DNA from: an uncultured Deinococcales bacterium
GTDB lineage: Bacteria > Deinococcota > Deinococci > Deinococcales > JAAFIG01
Assembly: GCA_964247135.1 (NCBI GenBank)
Contig: CAXTTL010000062.1
Coordinates: 1-21,354, forward strand
Length of the DNA stretch: 21,354 nt
Direction of reading: 5' to 3'
Both the position numbers and the translations under genes were made by a program. Positions within the stretch are counted from its first letter, which is position 1, and each line of letters begins with the position of its first letter. The notes beneath the pieces were generated by a model, which was given only the letters and a program-made list of their open reading frames with translations, made no database searches and was not told the DNA's origin. This document shows, in pieces, positions 8,419 to 17,675 of this stretch.

Positions 8419-9618
8419 TTAGCGTCCTGGGTGAATGGTTTTGAAGGTCTTGGACACCACACCAGCGTTCAGCACAACCCACTTGCCTTTTTTGGCTTTG
8501 AAAATACGCAAGCTTTGGCTGCCCGTATGGTCGTCTTTGTCGTAGGTGACTTTGGCGAGCGTGAATGGGCAAGCGTAAGAATTGGCTTTGTTCATGCCCA
8601 AGAGTTGTTGATAGATCGTGGTTTTGTTGACATCGCCCTTCAACGCGGCGCGGCGTGCGGCTTCGACCATGATGCTGGCGGCGGCGGCTCCGGCGGTGTA
8701 ATGGATGCTCGAGGCTTCGGAGTCGGCGCGTTTGCCCAAAACTGCCATGTTGCGAATGATTTGCATTCCGTTCTGGCTCGATTCGTCGTAAAGGTAATAA
8801 CCGGTCGTCCACAAGAAATTCTCGCTGGCATCGCCCGCCAAACGAATCAGGTCGTCACCGCCGGCGTAATGTGCGCCGAGTTGTTCGATTTTCTTGTCCA
8901 GACCCAAACGCTTGGCGTCCTTGAGGATGTTGGCAACAGGTCCGTAGGTGTTCTGATGCAAAATATGGGTCACGCCCAAGCTTTCGTAGCGTTTTAACAG
9001 TGCGGTGTTGTCCAAGTTGTTCGCGCCGACCTCGTCGGTGGCGACCACGGTCAAACCGAGCAATTCGGCGGCGCGTTTGGCGTCAAACGCGGGAAGGCGA
9101 CCGAACGGGCTTGGGTTCACGACAAACGCAATTTTGGCGTTCTTGTTCTCTTTGGCGATGTACTCGACCAAGCTCACCAGTTGCTCGGAATAACTCGAGA
9201 TCGGCAAGAAGACATAATCACCGTCCGCACCATCGAGCAAACCAACATGGTAGGTGCCCATGACGGCAGGAATTTGAAGCTCGCGCAACAAACCGCGAAT
9301 CTGTAACGAACCACCGGTTGAATAGCCCAAGTAACCATCAAGCTTATCGCCCTGCGCCCAATCCTCGAGGTTGCGCTGGGTTTTGGAATTGTCGTAATTG
9401 TCGTCTCGCGTTTCGCATTTGACCGTGTAACCAGGAATCAAGTTCTTATCGGCGGTGTACTTGCAGTAATCCGCCACGCCCAACGCGTACTTGCTGCCCG
9501 CGTCCGAGGTTGGACCCGTGATCGCGCCCGACCAACCCAAATTGAGGGTTTTTTGCGCCCCAGCGCTCGAGATCAAACCGAATAGGGCAACTGCGCCGAC
9601 CAACAATGATTTTTTCAT
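8419..9618 (-). CDS. ABC transporter substrate-binding protein (LivK/PBP1 type)
   Basis: AAGGAGG SD precedes the ATG at 9618. Signal peptide MKKSLLVGAVALFGLISSAGA, then GWSGAITGPTSDAG, DDNYD and GYSTG typical of type-1 periplasmic binding proteins. Operon context agrees. Confidence 0.88.
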   Translation of the reverse strand: MKKSLLVGAVALFGLISSAGAQKTLNLGWSGAITGPTSDAGSKYALGVADYCKYTADKNLIPGYTVKCETRDDNYDNSKTQRNLEDWAQGDKLDGYLGYSTGGSLQIRGLLRELQIPAVMGTYHVGLLDGADGDYVFLPISSYSEQLVSLVEYIAKENKNAKIAFVVNPSPFGRLPAFDAKRAAELLGLTVVATDEVGANNLDNTALLKRYESLGVTHILHQNTYGPVANILKDAKRLGLDKKIEQLGAHYAGGDDLIRLAGDASENFLWTTGYYLYDESSQNGMQIIRNMAVLGKRADSEASSIHYTAGAAAASIMVEAARRAALKGDVNKTTIYQQLLGMNKANSYACPFTLAKVTYDKDDHTGSQSLRIFKAKKGKWVVLNAGVVSKTFKTIHPGR

Positions 9619-9742
9619 ACTTCCTCCTTGGGGCAAAAAGCCATGAGCACGAACTTCACAACGAAATTGAACCGATTTTTTCAATAAGAACCTCGAGTGT
9701 TGGATTTGTCGTTTAGGAATCTCGAGCGCGAAGGGTTTTTTG

Positions 9743-9841
9743 GTAGGGTGCGCTTCTTGACCCTTACTACAGCACCTGGCGGGCTTGGATCGCCGTGCGC
9801 ACCGCCTTTCACGTGCTTTCGGTGCGCGAGGCGCACCCTAC
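9743..9841. repeat. REPIN-like element (inverted REP doublet)
   Basis: Terminal inverted repeats GTAGGGTGCGC (9743-9753) and GCGCACCCTAC (9831-9841). Inner inverted repeat GCGCACCG...CGGTGCGC at 9797-9827. Confidence 0.75.
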
Positions 9842-9893
9842 AAATTTAATGTTCTTAAATGATGATTGTGGTTTCTCGAGTTGGACGACGTGC

Positions 9894-10967
9894 TCAGTAC
9901 TTAAACGGAAAGGTCTTAAAATAACTTCGGATCAACCGCCAGAAATTCGCCAAGCCCCTGGGTTCAAAAATCAGGAACAAAATAATCACCAAACCAAAGG
10001 TCAGCGGGCGCATGGCGGTGCCAATGTCCACGCCTTGAATTTGGGGCAGGATGCCCGACATCCACGAACCGAGGCTGGTCGCGCCGTCGTCCAAGAGTTG
10101 CAAGAATGCCGCGCCGAAGAATGCACCGGGCAAACTGCCCAGACCGCCGACGATTGCCATGGCAAGAAATTTGATGCTGACCGCAAGGGTGTAATCTTCG
10201 ACCTGAGCGCCGCGATAGAGGTAAGCGAACAACGCGCCCGCGATGCCAGCGTAAAAGCTGCCCAGAATAAACGCGGTGACTTTGGTCGTGCCTGGGTTGA
10301 TGCCCATCGCGTCGGCGGCGCGGTCATTGTCGCGCACGGCAACCAAGGAGCGCCCAAATTTTGAGCGCATGAGATTGCGCCAGATCAATGCCAGCACAAT
10401 CAGAAAAAACAATGCCACGTAGTACCAGAATTTGTTGTGCAGCAAGTAACCAATTTCGGTGCCAAAAATCACTGGGGCGGGCATGTTGATCGACTGTCCT
10501 TGTTGCAGCAAATCCGAGTGTCCGACGCCCCAACGAAAAATTTGTTGAAAAGCAATCGTGGCAATCGCCAGGTACAAATGCTTCAAGCGCATACTGGGTA
10601 AGCCGACAATACCGCCCGCAATCGCGCTGACCACACCACCGAGCGGAATGCAGAGGTAAAACGGCAAGCCGAATTTGGTGGCAAAAATCGCAGCCGTGTA
10701 CGCGCCGACGCCCAAGAACGCGGCTTGTCCAACGTTAATCAGTCCCGTGTAACCCGTTGTGATGTTCAAACCCAAAACCGCAATCGCATAGACCAAAATC
10801 GTGTCCAGGGTTTTGAGGTTCGATGATGGAACCAAAAACGGCACAATCAGCAGCACCAACAGCAGCACGCCGAGCGAAACGAATTCCGAACTGGTCGCAA
10901 ACACGCTCGAGTCTTCTGGGTAGGTCGTCTTGTAATTCCCAGTTTGGGTGAATCTCGAGGCGGGCAT
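9894..10967 (-). CDS. livM: HAAT ABC transporter permease (LivM-like)
   Basis: GLNITTGYTGLINVGQAAFLGVGAY, RLKHLYLAIATIAF, GRSLVAVRDNDRAADAMGIN and VGGLGS motifs; polytopic membrane protein. Confidence 0.9.
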   Translation of the reverse strand: MPASRFTQTGNYKTTYPEDSSVFATSSEFVSLGVLLLVLLIVPFLVPSSNLKTLDTILVYAIAVLGLNITTGYTGLINVGQAAFLGVGAYTAAIFATKFGLPFYLCIPLGGVVSAIAGGIVGLPSMRLKHLYLAIATIAFQQIFRWGVGHSDLLQQGQSINMPAPVIFGTEIGYLLHNKFWYYVALFFLIVLALIWRNLMRSKFGRSLVAVRDNDRAADAMGINPGTTKVTAFILGSFYAGIAGALFAYLYRGAQVEDYTLAVSIKFLAMAIVGGLGSLPGAFFGAAFLQLLDDGATSLGSWMSGILPQIQGVDIGTAMRPLTFGLVIILFLIFEPRGLANFWRLIRSYFKTFPFKY

Positions 10968-10997
10968 CAGATGTTCCTCGAGTCTGGCGTTTTGAAG

Positions 10998-11933
10998 TTA
11001 AACACGTTCGATCTCCTTGGTTCCAAACAAGCCGTAAGGTTTGACCATTAAAACGGCAATCAGCATCACGAACGGGATGACTTCGCTCGTGCCGCCACCT
11101 GGCACATAACCGTCCAAAAAACCTGCCGCCAGATTCTCGAGCAAGCCAACGATGATGCCGCCGACAATCGCGCCCTCAATGCTGTCCAGACCGCCCAAAA
11201 TCACGGCGGGCAGCACTTTTAAGCCAATGCCCTCAAAGTTGTCGATGGTCAGACCGCTGATGGCACCGACCGTAAAACCGGCGGCGGCGGTCGTCAGTCC
11301 TGCGGCAGCCCAGGCAACCGCAAAGACTTTCTCGACGCTGACGCCGACCGATTGGCTGGCGAGTTGATCGTCTGCCACAGCTCGCATGGCAATGCCCAGG
11401 GTGCTGCGGCGAAAGAAGTAGGTGAAGCCGACCAAGAAGACTATCGCAATCACCACGCCGAGCAACTGATTTGGCGAGATGCTGATGCTGCCAACTTGAA
11501 TGGCGTTGCTCGAGAACAGTGGTGGGTCAAAACTGAAATTGCCCGAACCGAACGGCGTTAAGTGCAATAAACCATCAAGCAAACTTCCCAGACCTATCGT
11601 AATCATGATGACGGAAATGATTGGTTCGCCGACCATCGGGCGCAGAAAAATGCGTTCGATCAACAAACCCGCGTAATACGAAATAATAAGACCACCAATC
11701 GCGGCGGGAATAAAGCTCAAAAATGGTGAACTCGAGGGTCCAAACCAGCCGTGAAACAGGTTGTACAGGGCGTAAACGCTGAAACCGCCGACCGCGATCA
11801 GGTAGCCGTGCGCCAAATTAATCACGCGGCTGGATTTGTAAATCAAAACAAACCCCAGCGCCGCCACCGCATACACGCAACCCGTAATCACACCCTGCAC
11901 GAACAACTGCAAAAACACGTCAAAGCTCATCAT
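10998..11933 (-). CDS. livH: HAAT ABC transporter permease (LivH-like)
   Basis: YAVAALGFVLIYKSSRVINLAHG, GIAMRAVADD, ILGGLDS and KPYGLFG motifs. ATGA overlap with the upstream ligase gene. Confidence 0.9.
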   Translation of the reverse strand: MMSFDVFLQLFVQGVITGCVYAVAALGFVLIYKSSRVINLAHGYLIAVGGFSVYALYNLFHGWFGPSSSPFLSFIPAAIGGLIISYYAGLLIERIFLRPMVGEPIISVIMITIGLGSLLDGLLHLTPFGSGNFSFDPPLFSSNAIQVGSISISPNQLLGVVIAIVFLVGFTYFFRRSTLGIAMRAVADDQLASQSVGVSVEKVFAVAWAAAGLTTAAAGFTVGAISGLTIDNFEGIGLKVLPAVILGGLDSIEGAIVGGIIVGLLENLAAGFLDGYVPGGGTSEVIPFVMLIAVLMVKPYGLFGTKEIERV

Positions 11934-13867
11934 GCCACCGCCAATACTTTGGTTTTGGTCTCGAGGGTCACGACTGGCACATCGGTTTCGACGCGTGCCA
12001 CCTGTCCGTCCTGGTATTTGAATTCGGCTTGAACGCGGGTGCTCGAGACGTTGCTGTAGAGTGCCTCGACCAGTTTGGCGTAACGTTCCTGCACCAGTCC
12101 GCGCCGAACCTTGCCCGTGCGGGTCAGTTCTTCATCGTCGGCGTCGAGCATTTTGTAAAGGCAGACGAAACGCCGTATGCGTTGGTTCTCGGGCAGGTTG
12201 GCGTTGAGGTTTTCCACCTCGAGTTTGATGAGTGCAATCACTTCGGGTTTGCTCGACAAGTCCATGTAGGTCGTGTACGCCAGCCCTTTGGTTTCCGCCC
12301 AGTTGCCGACCGTGGCGGCGTCAATGTTGACGAACGCCGCCACGTAATCCTGCTGGTCGCCGTAACAGACCGCTTCCTTAATGTAGGGCGAGAATTTCAG
12401 TTTGTTCTCGAGAAATTGCGGGCTGAACAACTCGCCCGCTTTGGTGTGCATGACATCGCTCACGCGGTCGATCACCACCAAATGCCCTTCCTTGGTCAAA
12501 TATCCTGCGTCCCCTGAATGCAGCCAGCCTCCCTCGAGCAATGCGGCGGTGTCTTCGGGGCGTTTGTAATAACCTTTGCAGACCGCCTCGGACTTGGAGA
12601 GAATCTCGCCGTTGTCGGCAATTTTCAGCTCCGTGCCAGGAATCGGTTTGCCCACCGTGTCAAAGCGCACGTCGCCGTCGCGGTGAACGTAAGCGATGCC
12701 GATGATCTCGGTCTGTCCGTAAATTTGTTTTAAGTTAATGCCCATCGCGTGATAGAACCGGAACACGTCCGGTCCAAGCGCCGCGCCGCCCGTGTAGGCA
12801 CGCCTGAGCCTCAAAAAACCGCGCTGGTCCTTGATTTGCTTGAACAAGAAATTCTCGCTCAGCCACGCTTTAAACTTGACGCCAGATGGCATGGTTTTGG
12901 ATTGCAGACGGTAATCGGCAGCCTCGAGACCCCACGCCAGCAGTTTCTTGTAAATAAAACGGTTGATCGGATAGGTCTCCTCAATTTTGACCCAAATGTC
13001 CGATTGAATGCCCTCCCAAACCCGAGGCGGCGAGAACATCACCCGAGGTCCTATCTCGCGCAAATCGTTCATGGCGGTTTCGATCTCTTCGGGGAAATTG
13101 ACCACGCAACCCGTAAGGAGCGCCATGCCGACCGACATCATCTGCTCGCCGATCCAAGCCAGAGGCAAGAACGAAATGTAATCGTCACCGAACTCGAGCG
13201 GGTCGATGCTCGACAACCCGACCGCCATCGCAATGTAATTTTTGTGCATCAGCATCACGGCTTTGGGTTTGCCCGTCGTGCCTGAGGTGCTCGAGAAATG
13301 ACAGACATCATCGGGTGCCCCCATCGCCAAAAGGTCTTCATACAAAGTCTTGTTCTCGCGCTCGAAATTCTTGCCTTTTTCCAGCACCGCCTCGAAATTC
13401 AGAAACCACGGGTCGCCCTGATACGGACGCATCCCCCTATCATCGTGGTAAATCACAAACTCAACCATTGGGATTTGCTCTCGAATCTCGAGCAACTTGT
13501 CCACCTGCTCCTGATTTTCGGCGACAATGATTTTGCAATCGGTGTACTCGAGCAAGTACGCCATTTCGGACGGCACACTCGACTGATAAATACCCACGGA
13601 TATTGCGCCCAAACTTTGTGTGCCCAATTCGGCGTACAACCATTCAGGAATGTTATCGGCGATCACCGCCAGCTTGTCGTCGCGCCGCAAGCCGAGCGCG
13701 TACAAGCCGAGCGCAAAATATTTCACGCGCTCAAAGTACGTGCCCCAGGTGGTCTCTTGCCAAATACCAAATTCTTTTAAACGCAACGCCACCGCATTTG
13801 GGTGCAACTCGGCGCGTTGCTTTAAAAGCTGCGGCATCGTAAATTGTGTGGCGTTCTCGAGTTTCAT
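11930..13867 (-). CDS. Long-chain acyl-CoA synthetase-like AMP-binding protein (FadD/FACL family)
   Basis: P-loop STSGTTGKPK, FLPLAW, YGQTE, GWLHSGDAG, IDR, SPQFLENKLKFSPYI and ELTRTGKVRR motifs. Confidence 0.9.
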   Translation of the reverse strand: MKLENATQFTMPQLLKQRAELHPNAVALRLKEFGIWQETTWGTYFERVKYFALGLYALGLRRDDKLAVIADNIPEWLYAELGTQSLGAISVGIYQSSVPSEMAYLLEYTDCKIIVAENQEQVDKLLEIREQIPMVEFVIYHDDRGMRPYQGDPWFLNFEAVLEKGKNFERENKTLYEDLLAMGAPDDVCHFSSTSGTTGKPKAVMLMHKNYIAMAVGLSSIDPLEFGDDYISFLPLAWIGEQMMSVGMALLTGCVVNFPEEIETAMNDLREIGPRVMFSPPRVWEGIQSDIWVKIEETYPINRFIYKKLLAWGLEAADYRLQSKTMPSGVKFKAWLSENFLFKQIKDQRGFLRLRRAYTGGAALGPDVFRFYHAMGINLKQIYGQTEIIGIAYVHRDGDVRFDTVGKPIPGTELKIADNGEILSKSEAVCKGYYKRPEDTAALLEGGWLHSGDAGYLTKEGHLVVIDRVSDVMHTKAGELFSPQFLENKLKFSPYIKEAVCYGDQQDYVAAFVNIDAATVGNWAETKGLAYTTYMDLSSKPEVIALIKLEVENLNANLPENQRIRRFVCLYKMLDADDEELTRTGKVRRGLVQERYAKLVEALYSNVSSTRVQAEFKYQDGQVARVETDVPVVTLETKTKVLAVA

Positions 13868-14631
13868 GCTGCCTCCACGCCGACGTAAGCCTCGATGACT
13901 TTGGGATGCGCCGCCACCTCGGGCGGTTCGCCGCCCGCCATCAAAATGCCAAAATCGAGCACGTACACCGTGTCGGAAATGTCCATCACCACGCCCAAAT
14001 CGTGCTCGATCAAGACCACCGAAATATGACGCTCTTGGACAATATCGAGCACAAAACGCACCATGTCCTCTTTCTCTGAAACGTTCATGCCCGCCATCGG
14101 TTCGTCCAGCAGCAACAACTTTGGTGCAAGCGTCAGCGCCCTCGCCACCTCCACCCGTTTTTGCACACCGTAAGAAAGCGTGCCCACCGAATGCTTGCGG
14201 TACTCCTCGAGTTCCATAAAATCAATGATTTCCTCGACGAACGCACGGTTTTCGGATTCCTGACGTTGCGCTTTGCCGTAATGAAACGCCGCCTCGAGCA
14301 GGTTGTAATTAAAATTCAAGTGCCGCGCCAGCATCAAATTCTCGACCACACTGAGACCCCTGAACAATTCGAGGTTCTGAAACGCCCTGGCAATCCCGAG
14401 CTTCGTGACTTGATGCGGACTCGTACCGCTGACGCGCTTGCCGCCAAAGGTGATCTCGCCCTTGGTCGGCTGGTAGAAACCCGAAATGCAGTTCAGTAAA
14501 CTGGTTTTGCCCGCCCCGTTCGGACCGATGATGCTGGTGATTCCGGCATCAGGCACGCGCAACGAAACATCCGTTAATGCGTTCAAACCGCCAAAAGTCA
14601 GTGTAACGTTGTTAACCAAAAGTTCCGACAC
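13864..14631 (-). CDS. livG: HAAT ABC transporter ATP-binding protein (LivG-like)
   Basis: FGGLNAL, Walker A GPNGAGKTS, LSYGVQKRVEVARAL, LLLLDEP, IEHD and C-terminal VIEAYVG. The GTG at 14631 follows a GAGGGG SD. Confidence 0.9.
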   Translation of the reverse strand: MSELLVNNVTLTFGGLNALTDVSLRVPDAGITSIIGPNGAGKTSLLNCISGFYQPTKGEITFGGKRVSGTSPHQVTKLGIARAFQNLELFRGLSVVENLMLARHLNFNYNLLEAAFHYGKAQRQESENRAFVEEIIDFMELEEYRKHSVGTLSYGVQKRVEVARALTLAPKLLLLDEPMAGMNVSEKEDMVRFVLDIVQERHISVVLIEHDLGVVMDISDTVYVLDFGILMAGGEPPEVAAHPKVIEAYVGVEAA

Positions 14632-14717
14632 GCGTTCACCCCTCGAGAAAGCCAGGAACAACAAAATCGGCGCAGAGAAATCTGCCACACCGACAGGTCG
14701 AATTGAAATATGACGGC

Positions 14718-14747
14718 ATTGTGTAAGCAAGACGCCGCAACTGTCAA
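14718..14747 (-). promoter_or_regulatory. Candidate sigma70-type promoter of the ABC operon
   Basis: Perfect -35 TTGACA (14747-14742) and CACAAT after an 18-nt spacer, about 90 nt upstream of livG. Confidence 0.45.
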
Positions 14748-14838
14748 GAAAAATCGAACTTTGCGAGAATCAACAAAATTCGGAATTTTCTGCACACTTT
14801 TTTAAACTCGAGTTTGAAAATGTGAAACCCGAGCGAAA

Positions 14839-14966
14839 AGACCCTCTCCCGCCCGTGGGAAAGGGTGAGGGTCTGGATGCAATTTTCATTGGATTTTGAG
14901 CCTCTCGAGAAATTTTTTAGCCAGCCCACCAAGCAACAAAATGCCCTCTCTCCTCGGAGAGAAGGC
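14839..14966. repeat. Two CCCTCTC...GAGAGGG-type GC-rich hairpins downstream of the regulator gene
   Basis: ACCCTCTCCC-gcccgt-GGGAAAGGGT (14841-14866, followed by GAGGGTCT) and GCCCTCTCTCC-tc-GGAGAGAAGGC (14943-14966). Confidence 0.55.
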
Positions 14967-15044
14967 GACCTTGCTTCCAAGGTACAAGTTTAGGATCAAG
15001 AAAGTTGGAAATGAGGGTAGCGTGACCAATTGCTGGTTTTTGAG

Positions 15045-17522
15045 TTAAGCTCGAGCGCCCTGGGCAACCGAAGCCTGATGCGGCGCATTGAAATCGTAAA
15101 TCCCATGCTCGAGCGCCCATTGGGTGGCTTGCGCCCGGGATCGAACCTCGAGTTTGCTGTAAACCGTGCTGAGGTGGCGTCCGACGGTGGCGGGGCTGAT
15201 GGATAACGTTTTCGCAATGGTCTTGTCGCTCAAACCTTGCGACACCAGGCGCAAGACCTCGAGTTCGCGGGCGGTCAGTCCGACGGGTGGATCAAGTTCT
15301 GGGCTGTGTTGTGTTGCTGGCTCTGGCATGGCAAGAATGGCTTCGGGCGTCATGGTGCGACCCGCCGCCACGGTTGCCGCCCAGGTGACCGCACCGAGCG
15401 CTGAAGCCGCCCCAGCCAAGTGGCGCTCGAGGTCAGAGGTTTCTTGTTCGGTTCGGGGCAAGCTCGAGCGTTCCCGCAGGGCGTTGGCACTGCCGTGCAG
15501 TCGGGCGGCACGCATGGTTTGTTGGCAGGTGGCGGCGGTCACCGCCAAGCCCTCGAGCGCCCCCGCAATCCCCTCAATATCGGCAATCTGGCTCGAGACT
15601 TCCAGGCATTCTTCAAACCAGGTGTTGGCAGCGTTGGTGTCTTGAAGCTCGAGCGCCACCGTACCCAAATTGCCAAGGGCAATGCCGGCGCTGCGTTTGT
15701 CGCCAAGTTCACGGGTGATGGCGAGCGATTGGCTGTACAGCTCGAGGGCGCGGTGCTGGTTGCCCAAACTTTGCACGATCAGTCCGAGGTTGCCGAGCGT
15801 CGCGCCGATGCCGACCTGATCGCCCAGCTCGCGGCGCAAGCCTAAACTTTGATTGTAATAATCTTCGGCTGTCTCGAGGTGGTTTTGAGTGTAATGCAGC
15901 GCCCCAAGGTTGTTCAGCACTGCCGCGACAAACCAGGGGTGCTCAATGCCGCGTCCAAGTTCGAGCGCCTGCAAGAGTCGCTCTCGGGCGAGGTCATATT
16001 GTTTTCTACGTCTGGCGATCAAACCCAAATTATTGAAAATCGAGGCGATGGCTTTGGGATTCTCGACCTCGTGCCATAAAGCATTTGCCAGCACATAAAC
16101 CTGTTCTGCCTGATCGAGCGCACCTTGCTGCAACAGACAACCGCCGTAACCCGCCAAGGCTTTGGCTCGAGCGGCGGCTGACCCCTCGAGTTCGAGGCTG
16201 CGCTTCAGCCAGCCTGCGCCCTCGGTCAGATGTCCGTGGGTTTGCCAGAATGTTGCCAGTGTGCCGCTGAGATGCAGGGCGCGTTCGGCATCTCGGGCTT
16301 CCAAACTCCAAGCCAGGGCAGCCCGCAGGTTGGCATGTTCGGACTCGAGGGTTGCAAGCCAGTGCGCCTGCTCAGCGCCCAACAGTTCGTTTTCCGCACG
16401 TTCTGAGAGTTCCAAAAAATAATCGCTGTGTTTGGTCTTGACGCTTTTGCATTCTGCGCTTTGCTCGAGCATTTCCGTGGCGTACTCGCGGAGGGTTTCG
16501 AGCATCAAAAACCGTGAAGAGTTGCCAAAGTGTTGCACGCCAATCAAACTCTGATCGGTCAGGGCTGCCAGACCATCCAGCGCCTCGAGCTTGAGGTCAT
16601 GGCTGCAAATTGCCTGAACGGCGCTGAAATCCGCCCCGCCCGCAAAGACCGATAACCTGGCAAACAAGTTTTTTTCAGCCTCTGAAAGCAGCGAGACGCT
16701 CCAGGCAATCGCCTCGCGCAAACTGCGTTGACGTTCGGGCAGGTCACGCACACCACCCGTCAAGACCGACAAACGATGCTCGAGCCGATCCAGCAAAGCC
16801 TGCGGCGGCAAGAGTTTGATTCTTGCCGCCGCCAACTCGAGCGCCAAGGGCAGACCGTCCAAGCGCTGGCAAATGCTCGAGATGATCGCGGCGTTTTCGG
16901 GGGTCAATTCAAAATCGGTTTTGGCGGCGCTGGCGCGTTGGACAAACAAATTGATGGCATCGTTGCGGCTTAAAGTTTCAAAATCTTCACCCTGTTTTGG
17001 CAACTCGAGCGGCGCGACCACAAATTCGTGCTCGCCAGACAAGTGCAGCAAACTGCGGCTGGTGACCAGCACCTTCAGACCAGGGCAAGCCGCCAGCAAC
17101 TCGAGCAGCAAGGTTGCCGCCTCGGGCAGATGCTCAAAATTGTCGAGCACCAGAAGTTGCTGCGCCTGCGCGAGCTGGGTTTTGAGCCGCTCGAGCGCGT
17201 CATCGGCGGTTTGCCGGTTGGTGGCTCGTAAAATGGCTTGCGGCACAAGCGCCGCATCCTGGACTGCCGCCAGCGAGACAAACACCGCGCCGTCCGCCAA
17301 ATCGTCTCTCAGCTCGAGCGCCACCCGCAACGCCAGACGGGTTTTGCCAACCCCGCCAGGTCCGGTCAGGGTCAACAACCGAACATCGGCACGGCGCAGC
17401 AAATCCCGAACCAGCACGATTTCTTGAGTACGTCCAACCAACGGCGTGCTGATTGCAAACCAGTGCCGCACGTCATGGATGGCGACAAAAGGCTCGAGTC
17501 GATTGCTTGTGACCTGGTTCAT
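15045..17522 (-). CDS. STAND-class (NB-ARC-like) ATPase-TPR-LuxR HTH transcriptional regulator
   Basis: LVGR, Walker [12 protein letters not shown], Walker [38 protein letters not shown], multiple TPRs (NNLG...A...Y.QSL) and a C-terminal LuxR HTH ([45 protein letters not shown]). GGAGG SD. Confidence 0.9.
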   Translation of the reverse strand: MNQVTSNRLEPFVAIHDVRHWFAISTPLVGRTQEIVLVRDLLRRADVRLLTLTGPGGVGKTRLALRVALELRDDLADGAVFVSLAAVQDAALVPQAILRATNRQTADDALERLKTQLAQAQQLLVLDNFEHLPEAATLLLELLAACPGLKVLVTSRSLLHLSGEHEFVVAPLELPKQGEDFETLSRNDAINLFVQRASAAKTDFELTPENAAIISSICQRLDGLPLALELAAARIKLLPPQALLDRLEHRLSVLTGGVRDLPERQRSLREAIAWSVSLLSEAEKNLFARLSVFAGGADFSAVQAICSHDLKLEALDGLAALTDQSLIGVQHFGNSSRFLMLETLREYATEMLEQSAECKSVKTKHSDYFLELSERAENELLGAEQAHWLATLESEHANLRAALAWSLEARDAERALHLSGTLATFWQTHGHLTEGAGWLKRSLELEGSAAARAKALAGYGGCLLQQGALDQAEQVYVLANALWHEVENPKAIASIFNNLGLIARRRKQYDLARERLLQALELGRGIEHPWFVAAVLNNLGALHYTQNHLETAEDYYNQSLGLRRELGDQVGIGATLGNLGLIVQSLGNQHRALELYSQSLAITRELGDKRSAGIALGNLGTVALELQDTNAANTWFEECLEVSSQIADIEGIAGALEGLAVTAATCQQTMRAARLHGSANALRERSSLPRTEQETSDLERHLAGAASALGAVTWAATVAAGRTMTPEAILAMPEPATQHSPELDPPVGLTARELEVLRLVSQGLSDKTIAKTLSISPATVGRHLSTVYSKLEVRSRAQATQWALEHGIYDFNAPHQASVAQGARA

Positions 17523-17637
17523 CTCCGACCTCCAGCGTCTTTTGAAAAGTGTAACCCAGAATGCTGTTCAAAAGTGATACGCCGTTAAAAGAATTTTGGA
17601 TGTTGAACCGAGTCCAGCCCTGGCTTCCCGAGAAATA

Positions 17638-17675
17638 AAAAGCTCGAGAGGCAGATTATGGCTTCTCGAGCTTTT
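17638..17675 (-). terminator. Rho-independent terminator after icd (potentially bidirectional)
   Basis: AAAAGCTCGAGAGGC-agattatg-GCTTCTCGAGCTTTT hairpin with A/T tracts on both sides, 14 nt after the icd stop. Confidence 0.75.

Noticed and set aside
8301-8462. N-terminal extension of LivF given in the ORF track
   Set aside because: It translates REP and tandem-repeat DNA and overlaps the SBP gene. An SD-supported ATG exists at 8300. The same logic applies to the extensions of the SBP gene (9619-9684) and livG (14632-14730).
14744-15217. Short ORFs in the regulator-livG spacer (14744..14980, 14917..15120, 14996..15217)
   Set aside because: They run through hairpin repeats or overlap the regulator, and show no convincing SD or protein-like features.
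15045-17522. Avs/NLR-like anti-phage STAND protein
   Set aside because: It has no N-terminal effector (nuclease, TIR, SIR2) and does have a C-terminal LuxR HTH, the architecture of a transcriptional regulator. There is no defence-island context.
17539-17574. CTTTTGAA-N20-TTCAAAAG inverted repeat upstream of the regulator
   Set aside because: It is only 8 bp, AT-rich and has a long spacer, so it could arise by chance. Not enough support for an operator call.
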